From the NCBI GenBank assembly GCA_003971905.1, contig RSEE01000072.1, forward strand, positions 1 to 64,000: a DNA stretch of 64,000 nt. Reading direction: 5' to 3'. Source of the stretch: Moniliella sp. 'wahieum'. Lineage: Eukaryota. The stretch's first letter is position 1, and every line of letters starts with the position of its first letter. The translations under genes and the position numbers were made by a program. Below the pieces are notes generated by a model, which did not search any database, was not told the DNA's origin, and was given only the letters and a program-made list of their open reading frames with translations. Positions 1 to 10,754 of this stretch are shown piece by piece.

Positions 1-12
1 GTTATGCCGAGG

Positions 13-295
13 CGATAGCTCGCTATAAAATCGTCCGCTCTATGCAGCATATGCCCTCCGTTTCCCATCCGACGCCCCGTTCAAAAGTACCCCACCCCAC
101 CCTAACCTCACCCCCCTCACCCACCCCACCCACCTCCGATGGCCTCGACGATAGCTCGCTATAAAATCGTCCGCTCTATGCAGCATATGGCCTCGTTTCT
201 CGATTGGACGCCACCGTTGACAAGTTACACCCACCCCACCCTAACCCTCACCCCCCTCACCCACCCACCCTAACCTCACCCCCTCACCCACCACC
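13..295. repeat. 136-bp-period direct repeat plus C-rich telomere-like units
   Basis: The 41-mer CGATAGCTCGCTATAAAATCGTCCGCTCTATGCAGCATATG occurs at 13-53 and 149-189. Three copies of CCACCCTAAC(C)CTCACCCC..TCACCCAC lie at ~91-124, ~230-265 and ~265-291. Confidence 0.9.
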
Positions 296-1259
296 ATGCC
301 TGACACACCCCCCGACACACCAAGACCAGGCGTCGCATCACAGTGAGAGTGGTAGGGGTGGATAGCTACAGCCTTGTACTACTCAAACTAACTCACTCCG
401 TGGTCTTCCAGTCAAAAGTTGTCTCAACCCTGAATGGGTGGGTGGGCATGCCCTTGTAACCGCGCTGGTTTGACGGGCGAAGCGATCGAAGCGGCTACGA
501 GACCGTCAACCAGCCAGAGGCAGTGGACGGTCTCCTCCATCCCTGATCGTTGGCTTCCTCGTCCCAGTCCCGCTTGACGAGGTGGATTATGACGCCCCTC
601 CCGCCGCGGCAGCACCTGCCACTTGTCCAATGGGAGATCTCCCAGATCCAGAGGTGCGCTATCACAAAAATCGTGCCTCGGGGAACCAAGCGAGTAAAGC
701 GAGTAAGGTTCACTGGAAGGAATCCGGGCAAGAAGAGGGCAGGGTGCGCGCGAACAGGAGACCTTTTCAATTCGAGATGGCCGCTCGAGCAGTGTGGATG
801 CAATATGGCCTGGGTTGGCGGTTCGAGGCTCACACTTAGCAACACGCCCGTCCAATCGTATATGAAGACGAAATCGGCAAGATGTTGTGTTCCGCTACAA
901 AACCCTCTACCTCCAGGGCTGAGGAAGACTTCGAAGAGCCCCTGGACTTCCTCCAACAAGGTGGGACTTGGACGGGGAAGGGGAAGAGCGCGCTTGCCCT
1001 AACTAAAGTAACGAACGATGGGCCATCCGAGGTGCTTCCCAAAGCAAGCATGCAAAAAACAAGCCATTATGGCACGAATTGATTCCTGGTTGATGCTTAA
1101 CTGGCGAAGCGGCACATAGAAGTAATTGACCACAGAAGATTAAACGGAAAACGCAAGGAAGTAGAAATATAGTAGTGGTGGGAACTGATAAAACGTTAGC
1201 TGAATGACGAGATGCATTACATGTGCTGCTCATGCTTCCATACTTGGGGTCGGCGACCG

Positions 1260-2230
1260 TAGGCACGAAGACGGTGGGGAGGGGGGGGGGGGTGCGTGGT
1301 GCGGGGGGACGTGAGCGAGACGAAGGGAGAGATGGCAAAGAGAGGGTGCCGGGGGGGCGGGGGGCGAGCGAGCGAGTGAGGATGCCCAGAGTGGATCGCC
1401 AGCGCCGTCGGATGGCCCACAGGGTATGCACATGGTCTGCTTGCACATGCCCGCGGGGGGGTGCAATGGGCGCGACGGGGGGGGGGGGGGGGGTGATGGC
1501 CAGACGTGGGCGTGGCCAGGGCGGGGATGAGCGGGGGAGGGGGGGAGAGCGCAGGCGGGGGGAATGAGAAGACGCAGGCACAGGCAGGCGCATGGACTGG
1601 GGACACAGAGCAGGGGGGTCAGTGTGTGGCCGGGGCGGATGGCAGAAGCACGGGAGAGGGAAAAAGAAGGCAGAGATTGGGGGGATGACGAGGCAACAGA
1701 CCTTGGCATGGTGCGTTGGGCAAGGGCAAGGCCAGGGTGAGGATGGCCGCAGCGAGGCTGGCGAGGGTGATGGGGGCGGGGAGGCGAGGGGGGCAGAGGG
1801 TGGCGGTAAAGAGGAAGGTGGGCGGGCGCATAGGAATGGGGAGCCGTGGGATGCTGCACGGTGCGCTTGGAAATGGGCGAGGCGAGGGGGGGGGATGGCG
1901 GGAACGAGGGTGGGGATGGCGCGAGCGAGGGTGGGGATGGCGCGAGCGAGGGTGGGGGCGAGGGCGTGCGGCAGGGGGGCGGGGGGGACGCAGGGGGAGT
2001 GGGAAAGACGCGCGGACGGGTGGGCAGGGGCTGGACAGACAGAAGACACAGAACAGAGAGAGTCAGTGTGTGGCAGACGGGGCGTGGCAAAAGCAGGGAG
2101 AGACGCGAAAAGGAGGCGCTCATTCAGGGAATGACGAGGCAACAGACCTTGGGGCGCCAGGCCACGGCTCGGCTCTCGGCACAGGCGGCGGGTGGTGGGC
2201 CAAAGCCAGCTGGGGCGATCGCCACCCAAG
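1260..2230. other. Strongly G-skewed low-complexity tract with an internal 21-bp tandem repeat
   Basis: Long G runs. GAGGGTGGGGATGGCGCGAGC x~2.5 at ~1906-1960. ATGACGAGGCAACAGACCTTGG repeated at ~1685 and ~2131. Overlapping Pro-rich ORFs show no recognisable domain. Confidence 0.7.
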
Positions 2231-2297
2231 CCAACTCAGCACACCACTCACCCATCCACCCACCAATCACCCGTCCGCTACGTCCGTGCACCCGCAA

Positions 2298-2800
2298 GAG
2301 CGGATGCGCATCATATATTCAACGCTTGTATATCTGACCATCCCCAAACTTCATTGGGTGTACAGACCTCAGTTCTGAACCAATCCCGGTGCGGTTTGGC
2401 TCCCCGAGTAGATCTCAGCAGCGGGATTGATATGAGGCCAGTTGCTCTTCGATGCGGCCAGAAATAAATGCGGCGGTTTGCAACGAGCAGCGGATGCACA
2501 CCGTATATTCAACACTTGTATATCTCAACCATCCCCAAACTTCATTGGGTGTGTAGACCTCAGTTCTGCATCAATTGCGGTGCGGTTTGGCTTGCCTGAA
2601 AGATCTCGGCCGCGTGCACGGTCTGAGTGCAGTTGCGCTCGCATCCGACGAAAAGTAGACGAGACGGTATGCAACGAGGACAAGAAGTGACCTGCATTCA
2701 ACTCGGCGACCATCAGCTGCACCACCGCAAACATGCATTTCTGCGCCAAAAGCTCAATTCTGCACCGATTCGAGTGGGGTTTGTTTGTCCTGAAAGGTGT
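2298..2800 (-). pseudogene. Degraded ORF built of three ~192-bp (~64-codon) tandem units, product unknown
   Basis: Aligned blocks at ~2367, ~2558 and ~2752 translate on the minus strand as LGEPNRTGIGSELRSVHPMKFGDG, LSGKPNRTAIDAELRSTHPMKFGDG and LSGQTNPTRIGAELS, with in-frame stops. Confidence 0.5.
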
Positions 2801-4709
2801 GTGCGAGGAGGTCAATCTGAGTGTTTCCAACGTCGGATTTGGGCCAAAGGAGCGCTGCCAGGATGGAATGAGCATGGGAGCACCCCGCAGCACGGCACAG
2901 CTCACAGTCAGTGGCGTCCGCCCCAGGCCAGCGTCCCTGGCAGCGTCGATCAGCGATCCTCGATCCACGGCCACTGCCGGCGCAGCACCGCACTGGTCTC
3001 TGAGCATGCATCCCGCAGCACGCCTGCCGGCCCGTGCCGCCCATGCGCGCGACTGTCACATGCCACATGCCACATGCCACACAGGGTTAAGTACGTACTC
3101 AGTACTCAGTACGCATTACATCATTGTACGTCATTATATTGATGATTCGATGATCGACGTCCTCGGTCATCGGCGTGGCTCGGTGACTCATCGGCGATGA
3201 TCCATACGCCCGCGGTCCAGTGCTCCGAACGCCGGGCCTCGGCCTCAGTGGTGGTGCAGCCACTGAACCTGTGCGGTAATTCTGCCACTGCCTGCGCCTC
3301 AGCTTTGGTGTCGTACCGCCTGCACGCTTGATAGTCCTTCAACACCTCAGCGCTGGTGGCTGGTGCCGCACCGGCTGTGCCTCAGTGCTGGTGCAGTACT
3401 GCCTGCATTTGCATGTGCATGATGCATGACATATGACATGCATGATAGTGCTTCAAGCTTCAAGCTTCAAGCTTCAACGTCTTCAACCTCAGGCCTTAGG
3501 CGCCTCAGGGCAGCACCCAATGCGAATCACAGGTCGCATTGGCACACCAAGTGCACGGGCCATGCGGCTTGCACGAGGCATGCCATTCATGCATCAGTTG
3601 CATCAGTGGTATACCACTCAACGTTCAACGTACTCAACGTACTCAACGTACTCAACGTTTAGCGTCGAACGTACTCAGTGCTGGTGCTGCAGTGGCCAGC
3701 GAACCGCTGCTAGAGCCGCACGTCTCAGCTGTCACTGTCACTAGTCACTAGTCACTCGGGCAGTCTGCACGTACGGCCCCCTGCAGAGACCAGCGACTGG
3801 GGCCACAACGCCCGCCGCATCGCAGAGCACCGCCGCTACGCCCGCTGCCCTTGTTTGCTGCCGTTCACAACGGCAACGCCGCCACCCTGCACACCGGACA
3901 GATGCCAGTGTTTGAGAGCTCGGCCAACGCTCAGCGGGCGTGCCTGCAGGCCCAACTGCCCTCGCACCACCTCGCACGCCCCCGCGCCCCCCGCCTCCTT
4001 CTCGTGGCCTGCTGGACTGATGCACTGATGGGACTGATGAATGGATCAACACCTGGTCAACCTGCGTGCGGGTTGGGTGTCCGCTGGCCATCTGCATGCG
4101 CCAGCACCATCCCCAGACCTCTCGCACCTCTCCCCCACCACGCGCTTGCACTGCAACTCATGATCCCACAACATTATAACGGCCAAGCTGATAGCGATGG
4201 TACACTATGGGTGCCGGGGTGTGTTGCACTGAGCGGGCGGCAGAGTCGTAGCAGATGTATGGCAGGTCGTCGGTACTCCCCAGGAAGCGCCTCAGACGGG
4301 CTCTCAAGGGGCTGCGCGAGCAGCGGCCCAAGCCACCGCTTGTTCCATAGTTAGTTAGAATAGCTCGAGCGCACGTCGTAACTTCAAACTTGTCAACCAG
4401 CGAGAGGACCACCGGGCCGACGGCCTGGGTTGTTGAACGTGCAGTGTTGAAGTTCAACGTTGAGCACGTTGAGCGGGTTGAACGTTGAACGTTGAATGTT
4501 GAGGCCGGCTCCGCGCACGTGAGTTCCCGGGGACGGACCGTCGTTGACGAGGTCACGTGGAAGCGCTGCACCCCCCGACGTCCAGAGCCAGACAGGGGCG
4601 ACGAAGATCCCGGTTGTCACGTGAACCCGATCGCCACTTACATAATTACGTCACGAGTGGTGCGCCCAAGTTACCATTGACCTCGACCACCTCACCGGCG
4701 TCGATGCCA

Positions 4710-4989
4710 CCAGAAACAAGCTCACTGCCTAACTTACCTAGCCATCGTGGCGAGGTGGGAATGGGCTCATCGAAAGTTACGATGCTGGAGAATGAGAACT
4801 AACACTCACAGCGATGAACGACTATTCAGTATTCTTGGGTACAGGCGATGAAGATGCCAGCAAGTTATAATTGACCCTTTGATATAGTATCCTTCCTCCA
4901 GAAACAAGCTCACTGCCTAACTTACCTAGCCATCGTGGCGAGGTGGGAATGGTCTCATTCGAAAGCCACGATGCTGTAGAATGAGAAAC
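4710..4989. repeat. ~90-bp direct repeat, period 188 bp
   Basis: CCAGAAACAAGCTCACTGCCTAACTTACCTAGCCATCGTGGCGAGGTGGGAATGG... starts at 4710 and 4898. Confidence 0.95.
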
Positions 4990-5102
4990 ACTCGCCACCC
5001 CCATCGTCAATAAGGTTGAGGTCGCTATCTGCCTTGAGCATCCCCAGGCGGGTACCAGTTCTATAAGATGAACGACTTGGCGGCGGCGGCCGCCTATGCA
5101 GC

Positions 5103-5191
5103 GGGGTTACAATGTTCAAATGTGACGTTTTCGGCCAGCCCTTATTTTTTGGCGGGGCATGCCATTGTAACCCCTTAACCCTAACCCCCCC
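5103..5191. repeat. 12-bp perfect inverted repeat enclosing 72 bp, abutting a telomere-like seed
   Basis: GGGGTTACAATG (5103-5114) and CATTGTAACCCC (5163-5174), then TTAACCCTAACCC at 5175-5187. Confidence 0.8.
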
Positions 5192-5198
5192 TTGGTAC

Positions 5199-6450
5199 GC
5201 TATAGTTGGCGGGAACAGACAGAGTCCTGAATAAGAGCAAGTGCTACTGATATAGTAACCGCGACTTGCAGAGTGCTCGACGTAAGTCGTAAATTCGTAA
5301 GCGTATAACGGTGAGGAGTGAAGCTGAAGAGGGAAGTCGGGAGTATAGACGGGGGTTGACGTGGGGGCCCAACGGTGAGGATCACCGCCAGCAAGCCTCC
5401 GACCGACTGCTTATATATCGTAACATCACAACAGGCGTCAACAGAAGGAAGGGGAATCTACAGTAGTAAACGGAAAAGGGCGGCATGTTCTGTCCAGACT
5501 GCGAGCCGGGGGGGCGCAGTCGATGTGGAGTTCTATCAAGACCGGATGCCGCTGATACGAAGCATCGTACCGTTAAGTCCGGTCCTCTCCTGGCACTCCG
5601 CGGAAAACATCCGTGGCAAGTCGTCCGTGCTGGCTTTTACTCACAAGTGTCGTGGGAATGGCGTGTGCGTCGATGAAGGTTCTACGACATGCGGGGCTCG
5701 GTGTCCGGAGAGATGACCGGAGCGCCCCATAACAGTACCCATGCGCCCATATTGAGCGGGCTGCGAAGGATCCCAACTGCATGCACTGGATAATAGATAA
5801 GCTCTCTTGCTAGCCTATGTAGAGACTGACGTGCTAGTAAGAGATGCCTATGACATGCGGGGCTCTGCGTCGGGAGACACCGGAGCGCCTCGTAACAAGA
5901 GTCAAGAAAATACAGAGGCTAGAGAATACTCCTGTGCCTTCCAGGAAAGAGTATTGGAAGGAATGACCAGGAAGGTTCGGCGCTTTTGCACTACGTCTTT
6001 ACCCTACTGGGTGCCATTTGGCGATTGGAGACGTTGGCCAAAACAACGGAGCTCAACCACCGGTGTTGCAACTTGGGTCAAGGACATTAGATTACGATTA
6101 CACCGAACCATGCCAGTGAGAGGAGGAGTGAGTTACTAGTTTTCTCTATACTGCATCCCTATCATTGACAGAGCTTTAAAGGCGTCGCGGTGCTCTCATG
6201 TACCGCCTTCTGATGAGAGCTGGAGTCCAGATGGTCCTCGAAGGTGATGCAATCGCACTGATGGTGGTGGTGGTGGTGGTCTAAGCCAACCAACAACGCC
6301 TATACAGAGGAACATTAAGCAGCGAGTCGCCACCAGGGGCTAAGCTGCGGAACAAGGAAACACAGGAGAGAAAAACAACGGAACTCCTAGGGCTGAGGAG
6401 GAACTGAAGGGACATTGGCCAAAGAACGAGCCACCTGATGGCTCAACACC
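5199..6450 (+). repeat. Diverged third copy of the aspartic-protease upstream region, without the protease CDS
   Basis: 5207-5460 resembles 21557-21780 (GGCGGGAA.AGACAGAGTCCT...GTAAATTCGTAAGCGTA). 6215-6450 resembles 22035-22260 and 18370-18600 (CGGAACTCCTAGG.CTGAG.AGGAACTGA.GGGACA). Confidence 0.85.
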
Positions 6451-8068
6451 TTCCGGTACGCGGTCTGCGCCTGCGGCGTTACATGAGTTGCTCGTTTGCT
6501 CAGACCGACGAGACCATTTTTCTCACGCCCATCGTTTAGATGCTTGGGATGCACCTTACACTACACAGCCCCTGTACTGGCGCCGCACGGAGCCGCATGA
6601 GAGCACCAGTACAACCCTGCTGCCTGCGGCGCCACCGACTGATCGCCTATACTGCGATTCTCAGATCTCATGTCAATCATTCTCTTCAAGCTTCGCTTCA
6701 CTAGCTCTTCAAGCTTCAAGCTTCAAGTTTCAAGCTTCACTAGCCGCTAGTCACTAGCTCCACCAGTACTCTAGTACTCTTCGTACTACGTGAGGCCGGG
6801 TGAAAAAATGGGAAATGGGAAACGCCCCCGTGCACTTTTACATCAGCTGACGCGTGCCACGTTCCAGTTCACCTAGCCAGCGCGTATCTCTAGGGGGAAC
6901 GGTGGCTAAGGTGGCGGCCAAGCACCAAGCTGGGGCGAAGAGCTGACCGGGCCGTAGGCCGGTGGTCTCCTCGTTGGTGATATTATTTTGTCTCTCCAGA
7001 GGAAGGGTTCCAGCGTGGAACGGTGTGGAACGGTGGACCAGTGGAACGGCGGCTACGGTGGCAACGGTGACCCAGCCCAACAGGCTGGGGCGAAGCCTCA
7101 GCAGACCGGGCCGTGGGCGCGCGGTGGTTTCCTAGTGAGGCGCATAGCGGCCCGCCCACAGATCGCTCAGTTGGACGAGATGCAAAGAAAAGTAGTGGTG
7201 TGATTGATGAATGCCTGGCCCATCTGGTCAGCTGTGGCGAAGCAGCGAATACGCGGCAAACACATCCAAGGAGGCGGAACAGCGGCGGAACACGGGGCCA
7301 TCGCCTCGCACAAAGACCCCTCTGACCGGCCACGATCGAGGTTGCATAAGCAGATCCAGGGACCATTGCCTTTTGCTTTTGAACGTTGAAGCTTGAAGAC
7401 TCATGGCACTGATGTCGTTGTGATCGCCGACAACAGATTTGACCTCACTCGCGTCCTTGACCTCAGGATCGCTAGGGAGAGCCGAGATGGCGCTGACATC
7501 CTCGATGTCAGAATAATTAAGGTTTCTGACATCAGCGACATCACTGCCACCATGGATATTGATGACGTGTACACTATCAAAAAGGGGTCGGTAGTGCACT
7601 TTGTCAACTCTGCCTCTCCCCACACCGCGACACCCTGTGCGACTTGCTGAATTTGCCTTTGCCCACAGGACTGTCCGGTCGAGGGCGATAATGTCCCATC
7701 GACAGACGACATTGTGCGGGCAGTGTAGTCATATCAGTGTAGTCATATATCGATGAAGACGGTGAAGACGGTCCAAATGAGCTACGAATGATGTTATGAT
7801 TATAAGTTGTATCCACCACTGATGTATACTCTTCAAGCTTCACCATCAGTCTACAAGTTTTTGACGGTGGCGAGGTCCGCAGGGTCCGATAATAGATTGT
7901 AGGCCAGAAATTTCGATTAGCTATCAGTGGTTCCGACAACTATTTGGAGCTCCTCCGGTGGGTGAGCGAAGGCAAGAGATCTGGTCGAACAAGCGGCTCT
8001 TTCGGGGTGGAGTGTGTCTCGAAGAAGGGTGAGGGGGAAAAGAATGGTGATCGGCTTGGCCATCACAA

Positions 8069-9222
8069 TTGGATGGCAGAACACTGAGGCTGATCCAGTC
8101 CGCACGTTTCGCCGAAATCGTCGACGAGGACCCGTTTTGGCTCTGGACCCAGTATATGAGCCATGAGTTGTTACGGGTGGCCACTCTGCCAGTTCATCCG
8201 CCCCCCCTCTTTCCGACGCTGACAGCGCCCACCCCATCCATGTTACCGTTCACACCGAGCCGACGGCTTGCAGTTCCTCGACTCGCTCACCGTACATGCC
8301 AACGTTCTCTTCCTGAAGCAGAGAGAGATTTGTCCAGGTACGACTTGAGCAGGCAGTGGGAGATGAAAGTTCCGTCCAAGGTGAATGGGACTGAGGGAGG
8401 GCCACCGCTCCCTCAGGAGGTGTCGCCCCTGCCCCCCCTTCCTCGTTGTCTATTCCCTGACGACGAGCTCGACCTGAGTACCAGCAGGAGTTGCGCCAAC
8501 AACATCACCAACTTACCATGAAGGTCCAAGCACTCGCTCACCGATCGGGACAGACAATTTCGGAGCGAGTGGACACTTACTTGCAGCTCCAAGCTGACCG
8601 TTTTCGATCAACCGCGACAGTCTGTGGGGCGGGCGCGGTGTGTTGGAAGCTGGATCAGGGCCGATCGAACCCCTCGCCTACGAGCCCCATCGAGGTGAGC
8701 ATTAAGGAAAAGCACGGACGGTTGCATGCCACCAAGGTGCGCGTGCACCCTAACCTTCTCTTCCCGAGGCGCAAGTCAACCTCTGGAGAGAGGAGATAGG
8801 AACGTATGAGTTCTCACGGATCAATCGGTTCAGCCACAACACTGATATATGGACATTGATGATCCGGAGAGCATGGAACAACAGTTGCACGAAGAGGCGC
8901 TCCAGCTACGCCGACTTGCAGCCGCCCCGGGTACCACGGTGCGTGAGCGTGCGCGACGCTGTCCAGCTCCAGGAGGGTGCCATGTATGACGACTGGGTGA
9001 GAAGGGTTGCGTGGGAGTACGAGGATTCCAAGAGCGAGCATGAACAAGAGGACCTGGATTTGGATCGCTCACCTCCGAACTTCTCCTGAAGCTGTCGCTC
9101 TCGCACGGGAAGAGTTTGAAAAGGGGGTGGATCAGCTGGTGCAGCGCATTCTGCGCCCTGCTGCACCCGGATTTGAAGTGCGCAAGGATCCTCCTACCAC
9201 CTTGTTCCTCGTCCAAGACTGA
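8069..9222 (+). CDS. Hypothetical protein (frameshifted, start uncertain)
   Basis: Chain of overlapping + ORFs (8069-8521, 8491-8799, 8856-9089, 9007-9222) that join into protein-like sequence, e.g. FPDDELDL/EYQQELRQQHHQLTMKVQAL. No family recognised. Confidence 0.35.
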
Positions 9223-9376
9223 AAGGAATCGCGTCCAAAGCCGAATGGATCAATGCATCGTCGTAGGAGAAGGTTAGTTGTGTCACGTCGCCGCGACGAT
9301 CAACTCGCCTTTGTGCACAATCGCTTCCGCTCTCTTACCGTCGCTCTCGCTCCTCGGCTTCTCTGTCTATCACCAC

Positions 9377-9887
9377 TCAAAGTTCTGTATCTTTATTGCT
9401 CGCTATCGCTGCTCGGATTCTCGGTAAATATACAAAACCCACAACAGCCAAAACAGAGCCTCGCGCTCGTCGACGGTGTGCACCAGCTAGGACTGCATCG
9501 TTGAGCTTTTCAGCCAGCACAGCGAGCGCAGCCAAGTCGAGAGCCGGGGGGGGGTGGCGTCCTGCGTCCGTCACATGTCACCACGGCGGCCCTTGGGAGC
9601 GCATTTTCAAAGGTGGAAAAACTCTGCCACACTTGCGCCTGGTCCACAGGATCGACATCAGGAAGATGAGGGGACCTTCGAGGTGGACCTGGGAGACTGT
9701 GGACATCCAGCCTTCAGGGTTAGGGGCAACGCAGACGATTGCGGGGCGGAGCGGGACGGTGGCCAGGTCGGCACAGGAAGGCAAGGTGGAGCTGGAGCGG
9801 ACATGGCTCGGACACGTTGGCCGCACGCGAATCGCCGGTCAGGGCGAGAGTGAGCGCGACGGGCAGGGAGAGGGCAAGGAAACGCAT
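9377..9887 (-). CDS. Possible small secreted protein (frameshifted, 3' end uncertain)
   Basis: ATG at 9887 gives the signal-peptide-like MRFLALSLPVALTLALTGDSRA. The downstream frame is ambiguous. Confidence 0.3.
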
Positions 9888-10666
9888 GTGGGAGGCAGTC
9901 GACAGGCAGCCTGTCCTGCGCACTTTTGTAGCAAAAGGGGGGCGAGCCAATGTCCCACCGCGGTTGACGCTGCCGGTGAACGTTGGGGGAATGGTGAACG
10001 TTGGTGCGTTGATGGTGGTGCGGGGGCGGAAGGGCAGAACCGCGCTCAGGCGCTCATCACCGTATCTACATTCAAATTCAAAGATCACGCATCGTTCGTA
10101 TGCCCAACCAGATCCCAGAGCGCATCACGCATGACGGAGTACATTATGTGATTTGGATTTGGCGGCAAGCGACCGGCGACACGCCTGGACCATGTGGCAG
10201 TCACGAGTGACTAGTGACTAGGGAACGTCTGAAGCTTGAAGCAGCTCCCGCGCACCTGTCCGTCACAACACCAAATTCGCAGGCCACCCGCGGGGCCAAC
10301 ACAGGCGCTGTGTGCCCTGCCGCTCTCGGCAGGATTTGGGGTTTGGGGGCATGCGATTCGATCAGATCTTCAGAGTCATGGGAGTCACTCACTTGGTAGT
10401 CATCTGCCGCAAAGTCGGCCTATAGTTCGTCCTACTGCCACCAGGAATACGTCTGAAGGGACGGCGACACGAGGGAGATGGGGCGAGCAGGCAACCTGTC
10501 AGAGAAGCTCTTCGCCGCCGGGTAGGCGAGTGTCACACCCATCAAGCGAGGGCGGTGCAGGGGGACCTAGTAGTAGCACTGGCACTCGCCTCTCACAACG
10601 TCTGATGAATCTGATAGGTGCGGTGGGGGGGGGGAAGAGAAGAGCAGGCGGGAACAAAGAAATACG

Positions 10667-10754
10667 GGGTGCGACCGGGATCGAACCAAGGACGAGCGGT
10701 GCTGGTTGTTGCCCCGACGCGAAGGGACGCATGCGACCACTGCACCACCAGCGC
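10667..10754 (-). pseudogene. tRNA-like / Pol III A-box+B-box element, non-canonical cloverleaf
   Basis: Minus strand reads GCGCTGG TG GTGCAGTGGTCGCAT...CCTTGGTTCGATCCCGG, with A-box TGGTGCAGTGG, D-stem GTGC/GCAT and B-box GGTTCGATCC. Anticodon, T and acceptor stems are imperfect. Confidence 0.35.

Noticed and set aside
3243..3692. CRISPR-like repeat-spacer array
   Set aside because: Repeats are short, degenerate and irregularly spaced, there are no cas genes, and the context is eukaryotic.
5175..5187. Telomerase RNA template
   Set aside because: Only about two telomeric repeats, with no supporting structure recognisable by eye. Better explained as a junction-associated telomeric seed.
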